A stretch of 64,000 nucleotides of DNA from contig CM114271.1 in the NCBI GenBank assembly GCA_050084515.1, positions 16,244,001 through 16,308,000 of the forward strand, read 5' to 3'. This stretch comes from Blasia pusilla (taxonomy: Eukaryota). The notes under the pieces are model-generated. The model saw only the letters and a program-made list of their open reading frames with translations. It did no database searches and had not been told where the DNA came from. Below, piece by piece: positions 14,240-27,851 of the stretch. The translations under genes were made by a program, and so were the position numbers. Numbering within the stretch: the first letter of the stretch is position 1; the number at the start of each line of letters is the position of its first letter.

Positions 14240-16184
14240 GGCTCGGGTGTGAAGCAGATAACGAGTAAGGGAAGCTGCGATGTTGGTTGTCGGAGGGGTG
14301 CGTGACGGCATCAGCGGGACAACCAGAGCATTGCGATCGTTTTGGAACCGATGTTGGTTGGAAAGCTTCACGACTTCGGATTCATTAGTTTGTGACATAC
14401 TCATGTTGACATGAATTCAGTGTGTATACCGACGAGTGGACCGCAGCGCAGCGACAGGCAGCTGGAGGCCAATGTCACTGGTGGTAACTACGACTGACAG
14501 GACGCAGAATTTCTAGGTCTTCTCACATCTGCTCGATCGGGGTGGGAGATTAGAGAGGCGGAGAATCGAGAATTGAGACCTGTGGCGGACATAGATTCGA
14601 TGTGCGCGGAGCCGACGGGAGCAGCGTCGCGCGGTGGGAATGGCGGTTGGAATAGGTTTGCAGAAGCTGTGATGCGTCCTATACAAATTGCAAGGGCTGT
14701 GCGGGTTTAGGGGAATCGGCATCATCTTGTCAGGGGAGAAGAGGGGAGAGACGTTAGTCTGGTAGAGGAGCTCGATGAGTACGAGCAGTAGAAGTTCGTG
14801 GGAATGAGGTTCAAGATGTCCAAGAAAATAATGCCGTGTAGATGAATGACGGTCGATTGCTATGGAATTCGAGAGCGACTTTGGAAAACTGCAAATAATC
14901 CGCGCGCCATGCGCGGTGGTTGGGTGGGCGGATACAGGATACGTCCCGTACTCATCTCAAGGAACGAACACGAAGGGGAACTTGGGATCTATCAAAGCTT
15001 AAGTGTGAATATCGGAGACGACTGAATCGCGTATAGCTCATCGTCCACGCGCTGTTGCAAGGAGCAGGCTCGTAGATAACAGTAGGGGGTGGCTCGTAAT
15101 CCACCAATCCAATCTAGAACATGAGCAGATCCGGCCAGAGATCCAATCAAATGAGGCAGAAGAATGGAATCAAATCGAATCGGTTGTGTGGCGCACCTGT
15201 CCATTTTCCTACGACGGCTCGATTACTCGGGATGAATGTCTTCGAATGCAGATTACAGTGTCAGAGTGCAATGAGAACTCCGAAAGCAGTGACGATGGCT
15301 CTGAGGATGAACTCTCTGGATGAATCCTCCGAAGCAAGACAGATTCCTCTGAATGTCCGAATACAGCATACATCGATCCGTCCCCACCGTCTGTGAACAA
15401 AACTTCACAACCTTCGATCTCTCTGTGGATCCCCAACGCTTCCCTTCGCACGCACACTGGGAGTCTAATGGGACAGAATCGCGTGCAGCAACCGGTGCAG
15501 AGGCTCCGGAAGCCCCTCCTTACGCGCAATTGTTTTGTGCCAATGCCTGGAAACCACAGCCCTAGTCAAGGAAACACTATGCACCGGGTCCATGGCCGTC
15601 CGCCCGACTTTGTTATTGATGATGCTGCTGCTGCCACTTCAGAAGAGGCCACCCCAACGCTCAAAGTCAATGCGGGGCAGGAGAGACCGGTGCTGTTCGG
15701 TGGTGGGGCACAAATGTGGACCCGATGCAAGCTCCTGCTCAGAGGGTGATGCCGCTCAGGAGGGACGCAAAGCTGAGGTGAATTGAGCCATGTCCAAGCG
15801 GATTTCGTGCGTGTGACCTTTCGCTCACAATCAGCCCACCCCACATTCAGTCCCTCTCCTCCCTAGCAGATCCAACAGTGGCACAATAGTTGGCCCGTTC
15901 GCCGAGGGGGCCAGGGCCCGAGGAGTTCTAGGGAGGGCGTTTTCTCTCCACCTCCGGGGCATCATCCCATATCCTTGTTTACAAGCGAAGACCGACGGAG
16001 CGCGATTATATTCCCTCGGCGTCAGCATCGTCCTCTACCCACCTTCGGTTCACCGAGATCCTCCCCTGTTGGATTCAGTCCGCCCGCGTTCGCGCCGGTA
16101 CAGCAGAAGAGCTCGAGCTAGAAACAGCCGGAACCTTCGCGTGTGTACATATGTGTATGACACCACGTCCCACCGCGAAAGCAG

Positions 16185-16212
16185 AAAGAAGAAGAAGAAG
16201 AAGAAGAAGAAG
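16185..16212. repeat. (AAG)n microsatellite
   Basis: Run of aagaagaag... Confidence 0.9.
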
Positions 16213-16943
16213 CGACTGCAGCAGTGGACTGCGTTGCGTCGCTCCTGCTCCACTCCACTGTTCACATTATTTAGCGGAGGGTCGACTCATGAGGAATGAG
16301 AACGGACAGCAGACGGAACAGACAGACTCCGAATTTGGCAGAGGTGCGCGCTGGAGTTCGGGGTGCCGGTGCGTGACAGGAGGAATCCCGTCAGTCGGTG
16401 AGCGAGTCCGTGCGAGCGGTGGCGACGGTGACGGATAAAGAAAGAGGGATCCACACGGAGAGGACATCGGCACCTGGAGATCTCTCTCTCTCTCTCGCTG
16501 AGGGGGTTAGATACGGACAGAAAAAGGGAGAGAGCAGTGGAGCTCAGAGGAGAGGAGAGAAGTCCCAGCAACCCGCCGGTCTCAGTAGCGCACTCGCGGG
16601 CGTCCTTGTTTCTGCCACCACCTGCTGTCAGGACGGAACATCTGTGGTGTCCTCTCCCGCAGACTTCTTGTCCTATGTGCAGAATATACCATCCCAATCT
16701 CCGATTCTGTGGCCGTGTACGGTGCGCTCCATTTTGCAGAGGGTGCAAAGGGGGGGGCCAAGGGAGGGCAGAAGAGAGAGAGGAGGGCGGGGGAGGAGAG
16801 ACAGACTGAGGAGAGAGCTGAGAGAGGTTGTTGTGTCTGATCTGCGTTGTGTGGAGTTTTTTTCCCCCCCCGTTACCCCTTCCGCCCCCGGGGCCCTAGT
16901 CCTTCCCCTCCACTCCAAGTTTGGCGGGCAGGTCGAGTTTCAG

Positions 16944-17398
16944 GTTTGCTCTCTGCGACGCTGGGATCGCTCTGTGCTGTTTGCGTATTCCGCTGTTCCG
17001 TAGCTTTTTGGAATAGATTTCAGAATTGTTGCGTCGCACATCTCTGCGCTCAGATCTTTCGGTTTCCAGACCTTCTCGCTCTGTCTAGCTTTCAGCCTTG
17101 TGGAATTTGGGGCGCCTCGGAGGTAGATGTCATGGAATTGTCTCCTCTGCGTGTGGATGAGTAGGGGAGGGGAGAGAGATGTGTGCGTTTTCGATTTGTA
17201 GGCTATGGTGATTAAGTCGCGAGTAATGTCGGAGTGCGAATGGGATCCGGGAAGGAATTGCTGTTGCAAGATTGCAGGATCTGGGATTGGAGAGGGGGGG
17301 GATCAGTGGATAGACAGTTCGACGTATGAGAGTGTAGGGATTCTTGATTTGAAGGTCGACTAACGCGGATGGAGGCGTGTGGCCTTGTTTGATCGCAG
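16944..17398 (+). other. Putative 5'-UTR intron of the TPT gene
   Basis: Donor cag|gtttgc at 16944 (alternative cag|gtcgag at 16932), branch-point-like gactaac at ~17358, and acceptor ttgtttgatcgcag ending at 17398, two bases before the ATG. Confidence 0.55.
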
Positions 17399-17400
17399 CA

Positions 17401-18735
17401 ATGGCGCTCGGAGCGATGATTGCAGCCACAGCACCGACGACGGCGTATGGGCTGTCGTTCAAGGACGCCTTAGGGCGACGACCGGGAGCCAACACTGGAA
17501 CGCTGAGCTCATTCTGCCTTCCTCCACTGGCCAGATCGCCAATGCCGAAGTCCAGACGAGTTCTTGCAGTCGGAGGAGCGAATTGCGCCAGCGGAATCGG
17601 CGACCTGAGTGCGCACGTCCAGTCCAATTTGAGGAATCAGTCGAAGTTAGAATCGTTGCCTCTGGGCAGCGGATGGGTGAATAGCAGAAGAGGGGACTCG
17701 GCTTCTTCGTCGGTGATCTGCAAGGCCGCAGCCGCTGCCGACGATGGCGAGAGCGTGGAAGTGGTAGCTGCTCCTGCTCCTCAGGGTTTCCTCTCGAAGA
17801 AGTCCCTCACCACTGGCAGCTTCTTCTTCGCGTGGTACTTTTTGAATGTCATCTTCAACATCATGAACAAGAAGATTTACAACTACTTCCCTTACCCTTA
17901 CTTCGTGTCCGTGATCCATCTGGTGGTGGGTGTGGCGTATTGCGCGGTCTGCTGGGCGGTGGGCGCTCCCAAACGTGCCCCCATCGACAAGGATCTCCTC
18001 CTCTTGCTCGTGCCGGTCTCATTCTGCCATGCTTTGGGTCACGTTATGACCAACGTATCATTCGCAGCAGTGGCAGTGTCTTTCACCCACACCATCAAGG
18101 CGCTGGAACCCTTCTTCAATGCTGCAGCCTCGCAATTCATCCTCGGGCAGCACATCCCTTTCACTCTGTGGCTATCTCTGACGCCCATCGTTTTCGGTGT
18201 GTCGATGGCTTCCATGACCGAGCTATCGTTCAATTGGAGGGGTTTCATTAGTGCCATGGCTGCCAACGTCGCTTTCACGTACCGAAACATCTACTCCAAG
18301 AAGGCCATGACAGGGATGGACAGTACCAATGTGTACGCTTACATTTCGATTCTTTCCCTCCTGTTCTGTATTCCCCCGGCCCTCGTCATTGAGGGGCCTA
18401 AGCTGATGCAGTCCGGCTTCGCAGATGCAATCACCAAAGTGGGCTTGACCAAGTTCGTATCCGACCTTTTCTGGGTCGGTATGTTCTATCACTTGTACAA
18501 CCAACTGGCCAACAACACTCTGGAGAGAGTGGCACCACTCACACACGCCGTGGGCAACGTGCTGAAGAGAGTCTTCGTGATTGCGTTCACTATCATCGTG
18601 TTCGGCAACAAGATCACAACTCAAACCGGTATCGGAACTGGTATCGCAATTGCCGGAGTTGCCGTCTACTCCTTGATCAAGGCCAATATCGAAGAATCCA
18701 AGAGGAATGCAAAGAAGGCCGCAGAATCTTCTTGA
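17401..18735 (+). CDS. TPT: Plastid triose-phosphate/phosphate translocator, 444 aa, single coding exon
   Basis: A Ser/Ala/Arg-rich transit peptide is followed by typical TPT motifs: [80 protein letters not shown]. The ORF track starts at an upstream GTG; the first ATG is at 17401. Confidence 0.95.
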   Translation: MALGAMIAATAPTTAYGLSFKDALGRRPGANTGTLSSFCLPPLARSPMPKSRRVLAVGGANCASGIGDLSAHVQSNLRNQSKLESLPLGSGWVNSRRGDSASSSVICKAAAAADDGESVEVVAAPAPQGFLSKKSLTTGSFFFAWYFLNVIFNIMNKKIYNYFPYPYFVSVIHLVVGVAYCAVCWAVGAPKRAPIDKDLLLLLVPVSFCHALGHVMTNVSFAAVAVSFTHTIKALEPFFNAAASQFILGQHIPFTLWLSLTPIVFGVSMASMTELSFNWRGFISAMAANVAFTYRNIYSKKAMTGMDSTNVYAYISILSLLFCIPPALVIEGPKLMQSGFADAITKVGLTKFVSDLFWVGMFYHLYNQLANNTLERVAPLTHAVGNVLKRVFVIAFTIIVFGNKITTQTGIGTGIAIAGVAVYSLIKANIEESKRNAKKAAESS

Positions 18736-21700
18736 GTAACCTCCTGCCCTTAGGCGACAGGTGAAGACCGCTTTCGTAGCATGGGTGTTGCTCGGTCCTT
18801 CCCATTGCTTTCCTGTGTAGATGTGTTTTTGTTATCTCTCGGTGCCACTCATCTCTGCACTGCACCCATTAACCGGTATTTTTGTCCTCACCATTTCGAG
18901 CTTGTAGGTGGTCGAATCCAAGGTAAAGTCGCCCAGTGGTGAGGACTTGGTGATTCCCTTGTAACTCTATGCAAAGCAGTAAGTTATTAGTTGAGTACAC
19001 CTTCAAAAGAAATCAGAAGCCTGCACTTCATACTTTGTTTCGCTCTTTCAGAAAGGACTTCCGATGACTTGAGTAGGGATGAACTCTCGAGGCATGTATA
19101 TCAAACATTAGAGTTCCTTGCTCTCAGCAATCTGCAATTAGGAGTTAATTTTTTGATTAGAACATGCCAAGGTTCATATAAAGAAGTGCTATTCGAACTA
19201 CACCTTCTACATGCTGTTGGCTTCGAATGGGTTTTATTGAACTTTGTCGTGTGCTTCCTCTTTCCGAAGTTCTCCTTCCAGCATTTGGGTCGTGTCTGTC
19301 AGTCCAGAGTGAATAAACGCTTCCAGGGTGAATCACATCTCGAACTAGCAGCAAATCTGTCATACCTGCCGATTTCGGGGAGAGCCGCACTGATTGGATA
19401 CCGGGCCTGATTCCGCATTTTTATATGGCTTCTTCCCTCGTACCCAGGAGTTGATCAGTCTCACGAGGGGCTGGAAGACCTCTCTCCTCACCACCAGTAC
19501 TACATCAAGCAAGATGGAGTGGCGTTAAGAGCAGGCGCACGATCATGGAACTCCCTATCTTTTTGACGGACTTCTGCCAAGCCACTCAAGAGCAAAATAA
19601 AAATCCAAGGCCTTGTACTGTGCTGGTCGATGTGATGTGTGAAGGCGTGCAGGGGATGCATGGCAGCTCAAGGCTTGCTGGCAGGAACTGCTGAGGGACC
19701 ATAGCCTGCACCGTGAGTGACATTGTACCCAGTATGTCAACCCTCATGGCTAGCTAGAGGTGTTTGGGTCACTCTGCTTCCCTTAGGCCAGATTTATTGC
19801 CCTCTGTTCATTTTTCCGAGGCATCTATGAAAGTAGTGTGGAGGACTCGCTTCTCAATGGACTTACTATTCAAAGTTTGCAACTGGCTGCGACTACCAAA
19901 TCTCAAGCCTTTGTCTTCAGTTGACAAGCCAACGTCCGGCAGAATTTGAGCTCCAAGTCAGAGGAGCTGAAGTTGACTTGGAGCTAGAGTAAAGAATTAC
20001 TGGTAGATTGTGCAGACGAGAGCCCGCGAACAAGAGAGTCCATCTTCTCTCTCCTCACGTCTCAGATAAGCCATGGCCAGACAGCCAGGACTGGCGTCGG
20101 TGGCGGGAGCGTTGTTAGAGCAGTCAGTGTAATAAAGTTGTGTTTAGGACTTTGCAGGAGTGGTGGTGTCTGTCTTGAAAGATTAGCAGCAGCAATCTTG
20201 TGATGAGAGGGATCCTCAACAGAACTAAACTGGTATCGAGACCCTCGGATTGATTGTCGCTCGCCATCCATCTGCAAAACGGGCTCTTGCATTGTGGGTC
20301 CTAAAGGTGACGAGCTAATCTTATGCAGCCAGCCGGAAGTGCTTAAATCCCACCGACTGTTGCAGGTTGCCCCCAGATGCGGGTTAATTTCTGGTTTCCG
20401 TCGACTTACCGTCCATCGATTGGAGACTTGTAAATCGCAGGTCACTGAACCTCACACTTCCCTGCCATCCTTAAGCGACTCCCTCAATTGGTGCAGGTAA
20501 AGTGCAGCCAGTGCCAGCAGTGTTAAGTCCCCAAGCTCGATCCCGTCCGTGTATATGAGGTCCACACCGCTCTTCAGGTAGCATGGGCTGTCCCAGATAT
20601 CTAGGCTTATCCGCTCAAGAAAATGGATAGGACTCTTTTTCAGCGCAGCGATGACTGAACGAAAAGGCCAGAATTGGTGTCGAATTACGATGGTTCTTAA
20701 TGTTTGAATCCGTGACCTATCTACACACACAATTGAACTCCAAATCGCTAAGAGGAGCCGAGTCCAACGTCAGTGCGATGCAGCTCGTACACGCCGCCAT
20801 GACCGACTGTGCAGTATAACCAGGTTTGAAGTCTTCCCGCTTGACAGCGTTCGAGTTGTGCCAACCGCCCCCACTAGTCCTGATTTCGACAATAAGACGA
20901 CAATATCACGAAAAGTCGTGGAGTGCTGAGGATTTGGTCTTCGTTCTCTACGTCACAATCCAAAAGCCCCGCCTCAGGGACTTGTGGTTCACCATTGAAC
21001 TTCCCCATCTCACTCGGGCTCAATCGAAATCCAGTGACCAGTAACGACGACACTCGCTTGTACTCCACCACATTCAGGTCAGGGAAGTGACGCAGAAGAG
21101 AAAAAATTTCCAACTTCAATTTCCGTATCCAATTGCATTTCTGAGTCAGGAAAGACACGGTCATTGAAACGTTCCATTTCTCCTTTTGGCCGATATCCAT
21201 CTTGTGCAGTGGAGGATTGAAGAAAAAGGACACACCACAAGCAAAAGAGAAACGACGTGACACATTACAGCTATTCCTCGGCCGTTAACGCAAACATTCA
21301 TGATTTGAATCCGACGCAATGACCAGATCACAGAAAATTGGAGGGCGCGGAACGAGCAATTGCAAATTGGACCGTTTCTTCGTCGACCACTCGCTGGAAC
21401 TACCGTTTCTCGTAACCATCGACACCCGAATCATCCGCTCGACTGCACTGGACGCGGATTAACATCCACCCTACAGCATGCAAAAGTATCGACCGGATTA
21501 CACAGGTGCGAGGCGCGTTTAGGGTTTAGGGTAGGGCATGCAAACTGCGAGCCTCCGCGAAGTGGACCGTTTCTTTGTCGCTCACTGGAACTCCATTATT
21601 GGCATTTCTCGGCCGTTTCGTGGTACCCATCGCTGCCCCAATCGTGTGCGCAACTGGAAGAGACGACTGGCCGACGATCGCTCACGAGAATCGATCGATG

Positions 21701-22958
21701 AGAGTGGCCCTTCGGTTCATGGCACGCAAAATAAAATCCGCATATCACTCTCCGAATGGCCCAAACCGATAAATCGGTGTCAATCGACTACGCCGATTTT
21801 TCGGGTTTCGAGGGTGATATGCGGATTTTATTTTTTATCAATCGCTACACAATTTATCTTGTGTTAGTTAGGACCCGGGCTACCTTGGTATCTACCATCT
21901 TTATTTTCTTCTAGCGGTTCCATTGCGCCTATACCCTAGTTCTAAATGAGCAAATTTTGTTGAAGTCCCATGAATCTCATATGTCGGATCAATCCAGACC
22001 CGGAACAGTGGGACTGAAGTCCCATGCACGAGTCTTGACCTCGGTTGCATGGGACCGGGTCTTTAGTACCAGTACGAACCTTGCATTGGTCGCACGCTCC
22101 TCACGGGTACTACATGTATATGCTTGTAATTATTATGGTCCTACATGTATGCTTCATTTTTTTCTCCGTTGGGCATATTACTTTGGTTTGTATGATCAAA
22201 GTTTTGAATTTGTGTCTAGATTCGTGTGATTAATGTTAATGATATTCGTGTGATTTTAATAGCATGTGAACGGACTTTGGAGTCTTAATTCCATCCCAAA
22301 ACTTAGAGTCCTATTCGCTCCTCCCCGTGGTGGTATACACATGCATGTTGGTATATGAACTACAAGTTTGTATGTAATTATACGAACTTCAACTTTTTTC
22401 CTTCCAGTCTGTCCTTTTCTCTCCCCTCTCCGTGGTGCCAAGGTCCGTCATATGCTCTCCCCTATGGTGGTACCCAAACTTTGGGACGGTCCTATTATCT
22501 TCCTCTCCTGGTATACAAACTAGTGGTGATTTGTATATGAACTACAAGTTTTTTCGTTTCTCTCCCACCTCTCAAAGGGTCGCATATTGGTTATACACAC
22601 TAGTTAGTGTCAGTGAGGGAGGTCCGTGCACATACGCGCTCGCGTCCTCAAATGTATACTTGCCCATATACGCACCCCCCTCCTGAATTGCATATGCGTC
22701 AAGTTTAGCGTGACACGTGTCATACTTTGTACGTGTTGCCTTGTCGAAAGCACTCTTCAAATTATAATATATATATTAGTAAGATGCACATGAATGAATC
22801 AAATGCAAATGTGTTTCTTAAAATTAATTTGAATGTTTTATTTTATCTTATGATTTTTTTATATATTATATTTCGTATGTAATCATCTTGTTTATTCGAA
22901 CGTTCTTCACTTCCAATCGTAATATGGATAGATTTTCTCTTCCCTATTTTAGATAATG

Positions 22959-24870
22959 TTACGTATAATTGATAATGAGTGAAAACGGGAGTAGGCAAGT
23001 AAATTCCGAGGTTTTGTAGAGTTTGACGAGGATATCCCCTTCCATCTTTTGAGGAATAGCTTGCCATAAGAAAGGTGGCAAGATCAATTGGAGTCTCCTC
23101 AAGACAAGATCATCCACCAATGGATTCTGATGATGGTTTAGCACAAGTTGTCGAGTTGAGTTAAGGGCATCTCAAACTTCTTGTGGATTCAACCCCTGAG
23201 CAAAGAAGAAGTTTTCTGCCTCTCGATTTTGGAGACCTATGGCAGTTTTGTGAATAAGGTCTCCTCGATCGTACGTGTCAATAAAGCGGACCAGCCACGC
23301 TCGCATAGCCCGATCAATCCTTTTCTAATGTGGGGTTTTTGCATGAATCACCCCATCTATGTTCACTTTGGGGTTGTAATTGGATCGGGGGCTACGATGT
23401 CTCAAATTGCAAGTGAAATTTTCTTGCTCTTGGGGGGTGAGTTCTCCCACGTTACTCCTCGCTCCCCATCGCACCACTTTATCCATTTCTTGATGTCGTC
23501 TTGCCATGATGGATTCATATGCCCTCCTCCACTATTCTGGTCAGCCATTATAGCTCTTTGTCTTCTGTGGAGGTCATCTGTGGCAATTGATTCATTCAAG
23601 ATCCTCTCCATCCCTCTCTTAAGTCTGTCATGCTCCTTAGACAATTGTTGGCGCTTCCCCTTCAAAATCTTGAATTATGCTTCCAAATCAAAAGTGCATT
23701 GGGAATTTATTATTAAAGTATTCAATTGTGATAGACGAGACACAACCTCGGTATTATCGAGAGCACTCTCCTCACAAAAGGTTTTGGGAACAGTGCCGCT
23801 AAGTACATGGCGATCAAGTCTCTCTCCGGGGCCATCAAAGCTCATATTACGACCTACATTGAGGTTATTCAAAACATCTCGTCTATCCTCAAAATCCTCC
23901 ATCCCCATCTCGACTTGCCCTTCATCTTCACTCTCGTCATGTATCTCTTGTTTGATCAGCCGATTGTTTTTGGTGTCCATCCGAGGAATATAGTATGCCT
24001 CAAAGGATTCTTGACAATCCACCTTGTCGGTATTGGCCTGATGACGCTCGTGGTGATGAAGCTCCCACTCTTGGTCATTTTGAATGTGGTGGTGGGGTTA
24101 TACTATAATCAACTCTGGGTCTCTTATCTCTTCTCCAAGACCTGTCTTCCACATCACCATAGTGAACCTCCATGTCCTTCATCAACTCCGCGACTTTGAG
24201 CTTGAAAAATACCCAAGGTTGCATGTGGATAAATTCTGTGTCTATGGACATGTCCATGTTCGTCCTATGGAAGAACTTATCCGTATGGGCTCCACCTTTC
24301 CCTTCTTTCTCATTCCGCTTACTTGCCTTTGTGTTCCATACTCCCCCATTTCTTCCTCCCTCCACCTCTACTCCCTCCTCCCTCATTCCACTCATCCTTT
24401 CCTTGCCTTCCATCATGGACTAAAAGTGTGGGTCCTACTTCTTGGAACCCATGTTAGTGGACATGTCCAGACTTGTCCGTCCATGTCCGTCCTAAGGAAG
24501 GACTTGTCTGTTTTTGTGCAACCATGCAAATACCTTGCTCACTAACTTCCTCTTCTTCTTGGGGAAGTCCTAATAATTTGGAAGGCCATAAATTAAGGCC
24601 CAATCCTTTTTCCACTCTTTTTCTTCTACTTTCCTTGCAAATTCTCCAATCGCACGCTGTGGCCACTAAAGCCGTGACTGCTTCAACTTTGTGCTTCTAG
24701 AACTTGTGGGTAAAGTGCGCCTTCAATTTTTCTTTCGTGATGAATTCTGAGACTGTCTTCTCGTTCACCTTCTCGTGCGTTGGTTGTCTTTGTGTATTAT
24801 GGGGTTCTTCCCCTCTTCCATCACCCTCTTTGTGGTGAAGACTATGGTCTTCATGAAGTGGCAACTCCAT
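22959..24870 (-). pseudogene. Decayed intronless ORF of unknown function, interrupted by a MITE
   Basis: Colinear minus-strand ORF pieces (24697-24951, 24454-24666, 23675-24022, 23402-23665, 23325-23507, 22959-23144) are separated by single stops or frameshifts. They include acidic and coiled-coil stretches. The long stop-free + strand ORF looks like an antisense shadow. Confidence 0.5.
24214..24526. mobile_element. hAT-type MITE, copy 1
   Basis: TIRs CAAGGTTGCA...TGCAACCATG; 8-bp TSD aaaatacc / caaatacc (7/8). Confidence 0.85.
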
Positions 24871-25119
24871 CTTGTCTTTTATCAAAATCCAAAAGGAAAG
24901 GGTGGTTAAGAAAAGATTCCAATAATAGTGACACGATGACACACAATACATCTATGGCATGGATCAACCAAGCTTAATCATTCACAAATATTCAGAGTCA
25001 CACATTCATATTTTTCAATCAAGCCTTCCATTTCTCATGAAAAAATATGCAATCCTCAAATGGATTTATGATCACAATATTGTGGTTACTGGCCTTAATC
25101 CCGAATTTGCATCGTCTAC

Positions 25120-26150
25120 ACCTAGTATTTTGCATTTGCTATAGTATATGCAATAAGATACTCTAAGCTTTTGTGATCAGAGGGATTTGGAGCTAATCAT
25201 GGTTGCACAAAAACGGACAAGTCCTTCCTTAGGACGGACATGGGTTCCAAGAGGTGGGACCTACACTTTTAGTCCATAATGGAAGGCAAGGCAAGGATAA
25301 GAACGGGCAATGAGGGAGGAGGGAGTGGAGGTGGAGGGAGGAAGAAATTGGGGAGTATGGAACACAAAGACAAGTAAGGGGAATCAGAAAGAAGCAAAAG
25401 GTGGGACCCATACGGACAAGTCCTTCAATAGGACGAACATAATTCCACAGACATGGACATGTCCACAAACACGGACTTTGTCCACATGCAACCTTGGAGC
25501 CAATGCCCACTTTCGAATCCTTTCCAAGTAAGTAAATCTCACATTCGCGTGGGCATCCCTGATAGCAAGGTTGTATGTCACATAGTTCAAATTTTTCACA
25601 ATCATTCCTTGGGCATAGATTTCTGTGACTATTCTAAAAGGAAGATTCTTAGGTCCTATTATCAACTCTGGTGCTATGTGCCCAACATGATTTTTTGTTC
25701 ATGCTGCCACCATCTATGAGGTGACTCTAAGCACTCATCAAAGCACAAAGCATTCCCCCAATCTCCAACCCTAATGTATGGGTTTGAGTTGGATCCCAAA
25801 TGGATGAAAAATTTCATAGCATGAAATTTGGTATGAACAACCCCACGCTTGTGGAAAGTCTCCATGGTACCAAGAAGGGCAATCACAAGTTGGACGACAT
25901 TAGATGCCATCGTGAGATATCTGATCTTTTCCAACTCTCCTAAACTAGCCGTTCCATTTTTCAAGGTATGGCATGCTCGCAACTAATATGGAAACCTTCC
26001 GTATCCCTCAAAATGTAGGATCGTCTCTTCTCTGATGTAAGGTGGGAAAACCAATCTAACCATGCCTCTCTTATGGTCATGTTGAATTCATTCCTGGAAT
26101 TTACTGTTTGCCTCTTGGCACTATCATTGGACTTGATTTGATTATTTCCC
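25120..26150 (-). pseudogene. Degenerate intronless protein-kinase-like gene interrupted by a MITE
   Basis: Kinase subdomain-like motifs occur in order across frameshifts: HKRGVVHTKFHAMKFFIH (VIb-like), IRVGDWG (VII-like), HIAPEL (VIII), EIYAQG (IX). After removing the MITE, KWALAPNPSDH (XI-like) follows. Confidence 0.65.
25198..25496. mobile_element. hAT-type MITE, copy 2 (inverted relative to copy 1)
   Basis: TIRs CATGGTTGCA...TGCAACCTTG; TSD gagctaat / gagccaat (7/8). The internal sequence is the reverse complement of copy 1. Confidence 0.85.
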
Positions 26151-27109
26151 ACTCTCGATGGCCCAACCCCACTAGATATTTCGCTCGGATGAACAAGATA
26201 AGAAGATCTCTTAAAAAAACCAACGAAAGAAATATACGAGTTGAGATAAAGAATTACCGATAATGACGGGAGATGCTAAAATATTGGCTCGAGTAATGTA
26301 CACACGTGTGAATGATGGAACATGAGTATGGATTTGGGGTTGGTCACTCAAAGGAAATATATGCGTGTTTAGATAAGTTTCCTTGACCACCTCCACATCC
26401 CTGTGATCCCATCAATGCTAAGGGGAACCAATGAAACAAATCTAAAACTCAAGTTTGTGAATCGAAAATTTGAAAATCACCAAACAAGTTTAGTTACACA
26501 AGAGATTTCCACACTCACAATCTATCACCTAATGTGGAATCAATTAGAATTTGTTTAGGACACAACAAGGAGCGCAGATGACCAAGTTGGTCAGAAACAA
26601 AATCCAACTACACCCAAAAGGCACGCAATGGATTTCCCCAAAATTCCTAGTAGCCTTGAAAGCCCTTAGCTCTCAAGGTACCAATGAAAGTTGGAGCCTA
26701 ATCCAAAAAATCTCTCAAAGAAAAGGAGGAAAACATGTAAAATGAAGATAATTGGAGTTAATTAGCCCCTAATGCCTCTCTTATAAATATTTTGGGGCTC
26801 ACTAGCGGGCCCTTTTCTTATGGGTTTTACAAAACAAGGTTTGGGAAGGGAGAAGAGGGTAGAGGTATGTTCCCACCAATCCCTCACTACCACATGTAGC
26901 CGCGGGGTTTGGGGGACGCGGGCCAAACATGCGTCGGACACGGGTTTGGCAAGTAGGACAGGGGCTTCCACGTGGCAGCCCCCAATTCGTTGGACGGACG
27001 GCGGGCTACGACACATGTTGATGCCCGCCCTAGCCCGTGCGCGGGCCGTGGAGCCGGGGAGCAGGCTACAATTGAGCAGGGGTACGGTGGGTCTGTGCGG
27101 CCGAGGCGA

Positions 27110-27851
27110 AGGTTTGGGCGCGGGCTAGGTGGGGGCCAATGAGCTCGCGTGCGAGCAAGGGCGGGCTGGGCGCGGGCTTTGGCGGGCTAGGGCAGGCTGG
27201 GCGGGGTTCGAATGAATTGCGTATGGCGGGGCTGACGCAATCGACATGAGGAATGGGATGGCCTGACGCAGGCCCAGCTTGTCTGCGACGCGGAATATAA
27301 ATCGATTGTTAAAGAAAACAAGTGTCAGACAAGATGCGGACTAGCCGTGCAAGGGTGGAATCTTCTGATTGATATGGGCAGCGGGTATGCAGGCCCGTGT
27401 AGCCCACACCCAGGCCCGCACGGACATGTTCGTGGACACGAACTTTATCAGCATGCAACCTTGGCGGGTGGGGCGCGGGCTATGTGGGTTGCGCAAGCTG
27501 CGAAAGTTAGGTGTGGGCTTGGGGCCGGTTGGGTCCGGGCTAGGAGCCTAGGGCGGGTTGGGAACTTGGGGCCGACTAGGCGCGGGCTTATAAACACAGG
27601 CCTTTGGCGGGGCCGACGTGATTGACGCAATAAATGGGGACGGCTCGACGCGGGCCCAACTTTTCCGCGACGTTGACTACAAGTCGGGTGTTAAAAATGA
27701 GCGTCGGACAAGATGCGGACTAGCCGAGCAAGGGTGGAATGCTCGGGTGGCACAAGCCCGGGCTTGCACGGACATGTGCATCCTCGAGAGGGACATAAGT
27801 CCGCGGATGCAGACATGTCTTCGGACACGGAATTTGTCCGCTGCAACCTTG
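27110..27851. repeat. GC-rich diverged tandem duplication (~390 bp), each unit ending in a hAT-type terminus
   Basis: gacaagatgcggactagccg.gcaagggtggaat...cacggacatgt...tgcaaccttg ends at 27463 and again at 27851. Confidence 0.6.

Noticed and set aside
14992-17003. Many overlapping ORFs upstream of TPT
   Set aside because: GC-rich promoter/leader sequence with ORFs in all frames and no domain signal.
19550-21260. Possible F-box/LRR-like pseudogene on the minus strand (GDLTLLALA..HQLRE)
   Set aside because: Only one weak motif, and no consistent frame or splice model could be built.
21516-21537. Telomere-type repeats (tttagggtttaggg), also at ~3525, 8750, 42311 and 55900
   Set aside because: Only 1-3 units each, consistent with common telo-box motifs. 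They are not an interstitial telomere or a demonstrable CRE target site.
22040-22060. ctcggttgca as the left partner of the solo hAT ends at 27463/27851
   Set aside because: Its flanking 8 bp do not match the 8 bp after either right end, so there is no TSD support.
23181-23993. 270-aa + strand ORF
   Set aside because: Its Ser/Leu/Ile-rich composition is typical of the antisense of the decayed minus-strand ORF.
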